Assembly (NCBI GenBank): GCA_051294375.1
Contig: CM119269.1
Location: 12,742,790-12,806,789 of the forward strand
DNA from: Paraspadella gotoi
Lineage: Eukaryota > Animalia > Chaetognatha
Direction: 5' to 3'
DNA: 64,000 bases
Shown here: piece by piece, positions 54,983 through 64,000 of the stretch
Layout of the letters: every line of letters begins with the position of its first letter
Position numbering within the stretch: the first letter of the stretch is position 1
Program-made: the position numbers and the translations under genes
The notes under the pieces: generated by a model
The model's database searches: none
What the model was told of the DNA's origin: nothing
Seen by the model: only the letters and a program-made list of their open reading frames with translations

Positions 54983-55485
54983 CTTCATCGCCACTTCTGA
55001 CCAAAAGTAACGTCGCTATGACTCGTGTCACGGCAGCGCCACGCGCCACGACAGCACCACACGCCAGGGCTGCGCCTTGCGCCACGGCAGCGCCACACTC
55101 CACGGCTGCGCAACTAGGGACGACAACAGTACTAATTCCGAGTCCGCAAACTTCAAGGCCCTCGCCGTCGCCAGCTGACAGACCTTCGACGCCAGTTGTA
55201 ATAAGGGCGGCGCCACGGACGCCGCTAGCGGTCAGAACGGCGCCAACGACGCCGGGCGCCATCCGTTCGCCACTCGGCACTCGGCAGCCAGTTAACGCGG
55301 CGCCAACAACGCCCGTTTTGAGGCCGAGGACGAACGGCGCGACCTCTCAAGCGACTTGGGCTTGTGTAGCAGCGCCGGAAGAAATGGCTGCACGGACAAG
55401 AGGGGCGCCGCCGACGTCGCTACCAGCAACTCCAAGAAAGCCTTCTCGACCGCCTCGACCGGACATGACGGCGCTGCAGAAGTAG
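54973..55485 (+). CDS. Pro/Thr/Ala-rich ORF overlapping the MMP stop; probable continuation of the MMP cytoplasmic tail
   Basis: 170 aa with the same composition as the preceding tail, shifted by one frame; contains TP repeats and PSRPPRP. Confidence 0.45.
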
Positions 55486-57730
55486 GCGCCTTTTCGAAAC
55501 CAGTGATCGGTTTCAAATATTCTACGTGCGCTTGGGCGTGAGACAAGCAATCACTATCTATTTTATACGTTTGTTATGTATTTATTATTGTTTGTATTCG
55601 ATTTGTTTATTTCAATGAATTTGATTCATTTTGATTTTTACGTGAGTTTGAAATATTTTTCCAAACGCTCAGATTCGCATTGGTCAAAATCAAATGGCCC
55701 ATTGTAAAAAGTAATATAATATCAAATGTACAATTTAAAATAAAATGTTTTTCTCACCGCAGAATCTTTTGCTTCGGCGCGATTCACCGCCAGAGCTACT
55801 ATGTAGGAAAGACCCTGACGAAGCTGGAGTAACAAAAGGCAAACGTTGGGAAAAAAAACGTCCATGACTAAAATTACGAATAAATTTGATTAAAAAAAAA
55901 AAATTCAAAATTGATGTAATTTTGAGAACAAGAAATGTATGTCGCGTACGTTTACTTAATGCCCGACTACTTATATCAATTTCGTTTCAAGAGTAATTGG
56001 GTTTTTGTGAACTTTTTTATTCGGCTCAATTGGTCACCTCGATACTTTGCCCTCGTCTGAATCACCTCGCGACCTGATTTTCACAATCACAGAACTCGTT
56101 TTTCATAGCTTCGTGGATCACCAAAACTCAAGGATCGAGAGACACAAACAAGAGAGAAAAAGTAGGTCTTCAGGACAGTTGTCTTAATTGCCCTTAAATG
56201 TTACGTTTTCGAGCAAATATACTTTTTTCTACAACTCTTTTTGTAGTACGACGAGAGAGAGAGAGAGCCAGAGAGAGTGAGAAAGACAGACGTGATATAA
56301 ATGTTGACGAGTTAGGAGGTCGGCGCGCAATTCGATCATTATTCACAATTAAAAACAAAATCTCAATCGCAGCACAATCGCTTCGATCGAAGCCGATTAA
56401 CATTTTGTGGCGCGAAAGAGAAAAAAATAGGTCATGATTCTCGAAAGATAAACATTTGGACGAGCTTGTCTCATAATTTCTATCTTCTCATGAATGATGA
56501 CCATTTTTTCGATCCACAAAACATTTGACCCGCCGGTCAGATTTAAAAACCCAATTCAAGTTAAGTTGAATCACGAGAGACTCGATTTGCAAAGACAAAT
56601 GTTGCTTAGAATGTTTTAACGAACGGTAGGAAATCGTTTTGGAGTTTTGTAGACGGGGTGATCTTATGCAATGCCCGACTACAGTTTCAAAAAATCAACT
56701 GCGCCAGTTATTGAATAAAATAAATTATCGATGTCACTGATAATGTCACAGGTGATAAAAAATGATGAAAAATTTATGAAAGAGAATTTAGATAAAATTA
56801 ATAAATCCTTTAATGAAAAAAGACATTTTTAAATGGACTTAGTTTTTTTTAACAAAAAGTGCCTTCAGTCAAAGCCCATTTGTCCGTAACCGACCCTTTT
56901 TTCTCGAATTTCTCAAAACCGACAGGGTTCGGAATCAAAACGTATAAAAATTGTCTTTACAAATAAATGCAAATCATGTATACTAAAAACCTACTTTACG
57001 CGGCGAAATTCATTAGCTGATTTATTTTATTTTCTTTTTCATTTAAATCGAGTCTTAATCATTAGGTACCGTTAAAAATTACCTTTATACCTTTATATCT
57101 TTATAAATTATATCTTGCTGGGCGAGATTTCCGACAAAATGTTTGGTTTTTTTTGGGTAACTATATTTACCTTTCTATATATAAAAAAATATCCTTCAAA
57201 AGTGAATGTTTATCAATGTGAAAGCAGTGACCTTGTGAGGCAATTCACAGTTTTCTTGTATGGGTGACGAAATGTTTTTAATCAGTTTTTTTTTTTGTAG
57301 CAAAAGTGATGTCGTGGGGCGACGTAGTACTTTTACTCTAAATTCATAATCGTTAAGGATAAAATGTTATATAATTAAATTAAAGCTTTTAACAACCGTC
57401 GGATAAACTCCCAGGCCCCCAAGCCACCTGGCCATGTGGTAGGTGTCAGGTGGCAGGTGTTGATGAGTGGGTTTTGATCGACAGGTGTAGATAGACACGT
57501 ATTGATAAATGTTGACAGGTGATAAATAAGATAAGTGGATTAATGGGTCCAGGTGTGCAGAGTCCAGGTGGGATCAGATAAACAGGCGTGGTCCAGGAAC
57601 GTAACAATTTTAAGTTAAAAATGTTATGATATTTATTGTCTCTAAACTTTGATGGATACTTTTACCAAAAAAATTTTCAAAGTTAAATTAAACTGTGGAT
57701 AAGGCGCCAAGTGGGCTGAAGATGACTACC

Positions 57731-57920
57731 CGTAACTTCTATAACCCTGTCTCGCAGCCATGGAACGGGTCCTGAGCTTGGAACTAGGTTTGATGGTTTG
57801 CCACGCCCGTAAGGAGGTTTATGGCCGTCCTCACTCTTTCCCCAGGGTAAGTAACGGGTTGAGATTGAACCCGGTGCCTAGTGGTCATGAGTTGATGGCT
57901 TTACTCAATGAGCCACCGGG
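57731..57920 (-). mobile_element. tRNA-derived SINE-like repeat
   Basis: Minus strand GGTGGCTCATTGAG (A-box) and GGGTTCAATCTC (B-box), then a GC-rich body. Confidence 0.55.
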
Positions 57921-59532
57921 TGACAACTGAAAGTGAAAGCTTATATGTGGGGTGAACCTAGGCAATGCCCGACTACAAAATTTAATTAGATTAGGGTGAC
58001 AAGTACATCCATGGATAAACTTTTCAAATTTATAAAATTGTCGAGTACAAACTGCGCAATACCTATTTCCTACGTTTCTTATCTTTAAAAAACAAGAAAA
58101 ATAAAAAGAAAACGACGAAAAAAAGAAAAAACGGAGCTCTTAACCTCGTTAGATAACCAACATTGGCAAATTTCGAATTGCTGAAAGTGGTCTGTTCGGT
58201 TTTTTACTTTGTCGGTAAAAGTCGACGATTCTGTCTCACAATAAGTCAATAAATGGCGTCGAATGGTTCGGTTTGTTTTCTTTATTTGATTCCAGAACAA
58301 TGGAACAATGGAACAATGGAAAAGTTGAAAGGTTTATTGATAGAATTAATTTTATTTACTTCGTAAAGAGAGAAGAAAAATTGAGAGGTGACATAAGTAA
58401 TGGTACCAAGTCGAAATCCTGAGTAGTATTAGGTAAGAAAGGAAATAAAATCACCAATGGAATTAAATATTTATTTAAAGCTCGCTCAACAAAAATTTTT
58501 CTTCCTCTCTTCAAACGCCGGTCGCAAAAATTTGACTTTATTTGGAATTCTTTTTAATATTGTTTTGACTACAAATATATATATATATTTTTTGAGTACA
58601 AATATTAACCTCATAAAGTGAATGATCCATTGTACAATTAGCCAATTCGATTTAATTCGCTTGACTGACTTCAGTAAATCGATTCATATTATTTAGTTCG
58701 CCATTTGTCACGGTTCTACTCGTAGCGCCCCTCGTCACGGCTCCACCTAGTATCGGATCTCGTAGTTCCTCTAGTGTTTGCTCTTGTCGCTCCTTAAGTG
58801 AACGATCTTAGGCTTTATTCTACGTTGAAGGTGTCACAATTATCGTTCTTCGCCAAATCGGTGATTTATTCAAATGACAAAACTTTTAACAGTTGCACTC
58901 TATTCTTAATTGCGTCGTTCTACTTAAAAATCTAATTAAAACATTTATGACGAAATCGTCTCCGCTGGTTTAGGGTTAAGGATAACCAAAAAAGGAGTAA
59001 AATGTTTTCTTGCATAATAATAGGATTAGTGGGTTACGACGAAAACTTAAAGAAAGACGCCATGAATTTGATTAACGTTTGAACCAAGTTCTCGTCTCAA
59101 TCTTTTCCGCTTTATTTTCGACGTGAAGATCGAGTTTTTCGCCGTCCGTCCTGAAATTTCAACGGAGACTTTGGATAGCATAATATATGTATATGTATAT
59201 ATACAAAATTTTATATCTATAAGCGACTAAGTCAGTGAGAAAAAGGCCAAAATATATCGAAAACGGGAGAGGCCTGGTTGAGAGGAAAAAGAGGTGAGAG
59301 AAAAGAGCGTGAATGAAAACCAAAAACTCGACCTTGGATCTCAGGAGGAGGAGGAGGAGGGGAGGAGCGGGAGCGAGGAGGAGGAGGAGGAGGAGGAGGA
59401 GGAGAGGAGGAGGAGCGAGGAGGCGGAGGCGGAGGCGGAGGCGGAGGCGGAGGAGGGGGAGAGGATAAAGAGAAATGAAGAGGAAACTGTGCATGCTTTC
59501 TTCTTTATTTCTCTCACTCTCCGTGGTCGTTC

Positions 59533-59587
<55 letters not shown>

Positions 59588-59909
59588 ATCAGTTGTTCAG
59601 TACCATTTATGAAAACTCAAGAAAACCATTAATGCCTACAAATGATAAGATAAGGTAGCTTTTTAGGGCAGTTTAAAGTACAAGCCTAAAGCTCGCACTT
59701 TTGTTTTTCAATATCAATATCTCTCTTTCTCTCTCTCTCTCACTCTCTCTTTCTTTCTCACTTTCACTTGGTCTTTTAATCTCTCTCTCATTAATTTTTT
59801 CTGATTTTTTCTGCTTAATTTTTTCCTTTAAAAAATTTAAATATTTCTAGATTTCGTTGGATTTTTTTCCTTAATCTTATGGTGGACTAAAATCCACCAA
59901 CCGTTTATC

Positions 59910-60039
59910 AGCGGCCATTGGTGCCGGAGGCAAGTCATTCGCCTCCCAACCCAAAAGTCCGGGGTTCTAGCCCGGTGGTCGTCTGGCAGTTAAGAGGGAC
60001 GGGGCGCTTAACCCGCCTGTAACATGGTGTTACAGCCTG
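59910..60039 (+). mobile_element. tRNA-derived SINE-like repeat
   Basis: TGGTGCCGGAGG A-box-like and GGGTTCTAGCCC B-box-like motifs. Confidence 0.45.
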
Positions 60040-60447
60040 ATCCGAAACTCAGGAACTGCTTATATTGAACGGTTCTGACACTAACATATAATAATAATTA
60101 CTCTCTCTTCAATCTTCTTGTTGATAAATGTCAAATGATAAAATGTCACCCAGTCTGACAGCTTTACTTTTCCCATGAGTTGCAATGTACAAGAATAGCG
60201 TTGCTCTTTTATTCGAAACGGCTCAGTTGGCAAAACGTTTAAAATTTTCGATCACAATTTAATTACAAAGGATTGCGCAATGAATATTAATCAACATGGA
60301 ATGCATCCATACTTGAAACAGCCACTCCATATCTACGAGTCAAAACAAAACAGCCATAGCTTATTATTAAGTGCCTCTTTATTTATTTATTTATTTAAAC
60401 TTATGAATAATTTCACGTTAACCGATTTAACTTACTCTCTCTATCTC

Positions 60448-60500
<53 letters not shown>

Positions 60501-60506
60501 CTCTCT

Positions 60507-60597
<91 letters not shown>

Positions 60598-60760
60598 CAA
60601 GAAATCAATCATCTTGCCTCGCAAAAAATATTCCTGGTTTCTCTCTTTCACCAAAACGAATGCGAAAGAAAAGAAAAAAAGTGAGAAAAAAAATTTGAAT
60701 CTTGTTTGACAAATATCTTTCCTTCGGCTTCGCTTATTCTTTTCTTCTGCTACGAAAAAG

Positions 60761-61050
60761 GCCCTATTTTCCGAAAGTGCCGCATTTCTTAATTTTACCT
60801 CTAATCTATAACCAAACCCATAACCTAATCCTTATCTTAACCCCTAACCCTAACCCATAATTTTAAATTTTAATCCCTAACCATAATCCATAATTCTAAT
60901 CCCTAACCAATAACCCTAATTAATAACCCAATCCCAAAAACTCCCCCAGTACTAATCCTTTAACTTTAACCTTTATCTTAATCTTTAAATCTAAAAATTA
61001 CTTTAATTTCGAATTTAAAATGAAATGGGGCGTTTCGGGAAAATGAGCCC
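60761..61050. mobile_element. MITE-like element with degenerate telomere-like (CCCTAA/CCTAAT) interior; duplicated at ~62630-62920
   Basis: Imperfect TIR GCCCTATTTTCCGAAAGTGCCGCATTT / AAATGGGGCGTTTCGGGAAAATGAGCC enclosing CTAACC-type hexamers. Confidence 0.55.
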
Positions 61051-61073
61051 GCGGAAAAAAGGAGAACACTGAA

Positions 61074-61651
61074 CAGTAGAGTGGAGCACTCAAGAACAAA
61101 AAAATTATTTGAATGATCAAACAAGGATATTCAAATGTGAAATAGTATGATTAAGTAGTATAAAATTTTTTTGTTTATATTGCCTCGAGAACAGAATAGT
61201 AAAATATAATATATTTGTAATAATATTCTTATAAAATAGTAAATTTTAAAAATAATTTTTTTAAAACTTTCATAAAAAGTTGAATCAAAAATTCTGTCAT
61301 CTTTAGCATTTTAAACGAGAAAAAAAGTGATAATTCATGACTTTTTTCTTCTCTGTAGAATAAACTTTAAGTTATTTTTTGTGATCCAAAATTTAAAATA
61401 TCATATAATATATTTTATAAAAGTTTTTTAGTTTTTTATGTCAAATCCAAATATGTTCTTAAAAATAAAATAAAAAATATTTAAAAATTTAATAATTTTA
61501 TAAGGATATATTATTACATAAATAATTAAATTTTCTATACTGTTATACTAAAAAAATTTATAAAAGGATTTAAAATTTATTAATTATATATCCATAGGCA
61601 GCCAAAAAAAAATGTTCAATCACTCAATCTTTTCATCACTCCACCCTACTG
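61074..61651. mobile_element. AT-rich MITE with short TIR CAGTAGRGTGGAG
   Basis: 13-bp TIR with one mismatch; TSD unclear. Confidence 0.45.
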
Positions 61652-62381
61652 AACAGTCGCGCCTCAACCGAATCTAAAGCGAAAATCCCGGGAAGAATCG
61701 AGATTAAATTTGTCAACGTCTGGGACTGTTGAAAAGTACGAATGTTGACTAACCCTCTCATTGAAGGTTTTCTAGATAACGTGTCAAACTTTTGTGATAT
61801 TAGGAGCCTTTGTGATATGGTGATATTTTTTTTTTCTTGATGCTATGGATGAATGAATAGTTTCAATGTCGTCGAAAACTTCACGATTAAGTCTAGGGGC
61901 CGAACAAATTGCTAGGCATATAGGAAGAGTTAACACGATGTACTATCCGAAACTCAGGAACTTGCTTATATTGAACGGTTCTGACACTAACATAATATAA
62001 TAATTACTCTCTCTCTTCAATCTTCTTGTTGATAAATGTCAAATGACAGCTCATTACACTTTTCCCCATGAGTTGCAATGTACAAGAATAGCGTTGCTCT
62101 TTATTCGAAACGGCTCAGTTGGCAAAACGTTTAAAATTTTCGATCACAATTTAATTACAAAGGATTGCGCAATGAATATTAATCAACATGGAATGCATCC
62201 ATACTTGAAACAGCCACTCCATATTCTACGAGTCAAAAACAAAACAGCCATAGCTTATTATTAAGTGCCTCTTTATTTAATTTATTTTTTAAACTTATGA
62301 ATAATTTCACGTTAACCGATTTAACTTACTCTCTCTATCTCTTTCTCTCTTTCTCTCTCTCTCTCCTCTCTCCTCCTCTCT

Positions 62382-62419
<38 letters not shown>

Positions 62420-62423
62420 CTCT

Positions 62424-62468
<45 letters not shown>

Positions 62469-63888
62469 CAAGAAATCAATCATCTTGCCTCGCAAAAAAT
62501 ATTCCTGGTTTCTCTCTTTCACAAAACCGAAGCGAAAGAAAAGAAAAAAAGTGAGAAAAAAAATTTGAATCTGTTTGACAAATATCTTTCCTTCGGCTTC
62601 GCTTATTCTTTTCTTCTGCTACGAAAAAGGCCCTATTTCCGAAAGTGCCGCATTTCTTAATTTTACCTCTAATCTATAACCAAACCCATAACCTAATCCT
62701 TATCTTAACCCCTAACCCTAACCCATAATTTTAAATTTTAATCCCTAACCATAATCCATAATTCTAATCCCTAACCAATAACCCTAATTAATAACCCAAT
62801 CCCAAAAACTCCCCCAGTACTAATCCTTTAACTTTAACCTTTATCTTAATCTTTAAATCTAAAAATTACTTTAATTTCGAATTTAAATATGAAATGGGGC
62901 GTTTCGGGAAAATGAGCCCGCGGAAAAAAGGAGAACACTGAAGCTAGAGTGGAGCACTCAAGAACAAAAAAATTATTTGAATGATCAAACAAGGATATTC
63001 AAATGTGAAATAGTATGATTAAGTAGTATAAATTTTTTTGTTTATATTGCCTCGAGAACAGAATAGTAAAATATAATATATTTGTATAAATATCTTATAA
63101 AATAGTAAATTTTAAAAATAATTTTTTTAAAACTTTCATAAAAAGTTGAATCAAAAATTCTGTCATCTTTAGCATTTTAAACGAGAAAAAAAGTGATAAT
63201 TCATGAGACTTTTTCTTCTCTTGTAGAATAAACTTTAAGTTATTTTTGTGAGATCCAAAATTTAAAAATATCATATAATATATTTTATAAAAGTTTTTAG
63301 TTTTTATATGTCAAATCCAAATATGTTCTTAAAAATAAAATAAAAATATTTAAAAATTTAATAATTTTATAAGGATATATTATTTACATAAATAATTAAA
63401 TTTTCTATACTGTTATACTAAAAAAATTTATAAAAGGATTTAAAATTTATTAATTATATATCCATAGGCAGCCAAAAAAAATGTTCAATCACTCAATCTT
63501 TTCATCACTCCCACCCTACTGAACAGTCGCGCCTCAACCGAATCTAAAGCGAAAATCCCGGGAAGAATCGAGATTAAATTTGTCAACGTTGGTGGGACTG
63601 TTGATGAAAGTGAGTGTGGACTATATGCTTTTCATTGAAGGTATTGACAGTGTCAACTTTTGTGAGTATTGCGGGGTGTATCTTTTTTTCTGATGATGGC
63701 TGAATGACATAGTTGTGAACTCAGATTCAGGAAACTTCTTTGAGGATTTAAGTTAGGGCCGATCAGAATTTCTAAGATTCTTATGCTTGGATGATGAATA
63801 GTCAATGTCTAAGCTAGATTAAGGAAAAGGCAGAACTGCAGATATGAGGAAGAAAGGATGGAAAGGAGGAGAGAGAGAGAGAGAGAAG

Positions 63889-63964
<76 letters not shown>

Positions 63965-64000
63965 AGAGAGAAGGAAGAGAGAGAGAGAGAAAGAGAAGAG

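Larger units (their letters stand above)
60040..63790 (+). repeat. ~1.9-kb tandem duplication (60040-~61945 and ~61946-~63790)
   Basis: Both copies start ATCCGAAACTCAGGAAC and are colinear. Differences are mostly 1-bp indels and microsatellite length; the last ~200 bp is much more diverged. Confidence 0.92.

Overview
AT-rich, microsatellite-laden, intron-containing DNA from a non-vertebrate animal (inferred from gene content, GT-AG introns and CpG-rich exons; species not determinable). Four spliced genes are recognisable by eye: a very long CCDC177/CCDC185-like gene (+, 4172-21119), SCAP (-, 36764-44746), a CD225/dispanin gene (+, 45560-48697) and a membrane-type matrix metalloproteinase (+, 49843-54982). 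The most unusual feature is an intronless 1166-aa ORF (7305-10805) nested in an intron of the CCDC177-like gene. It encodes a predicted single-pass receptor: signal peptide, Ig-like/Cys-rich ectodomain, TM helix, a Roc-less COR-like region and a cytoplasmic FAM111-like trypsin protease with an intact H-D-S triad. The region 22-34 kb holds nested non-autonomous elements: a Tc1-type long-TIR element containing a TRIM, a related solo LTR, a hAT-type element and a SINE. There are also two Penelope-type minimal hammerhead motifs, a truncated LTR element in a SCAP intron, a frameshifted DD3-3-like exon, RFX X-boxes, an N-gap and a terminal ~1.9-kb tandem duplication. All homology calls come from motif recognition by eye, not database searches.
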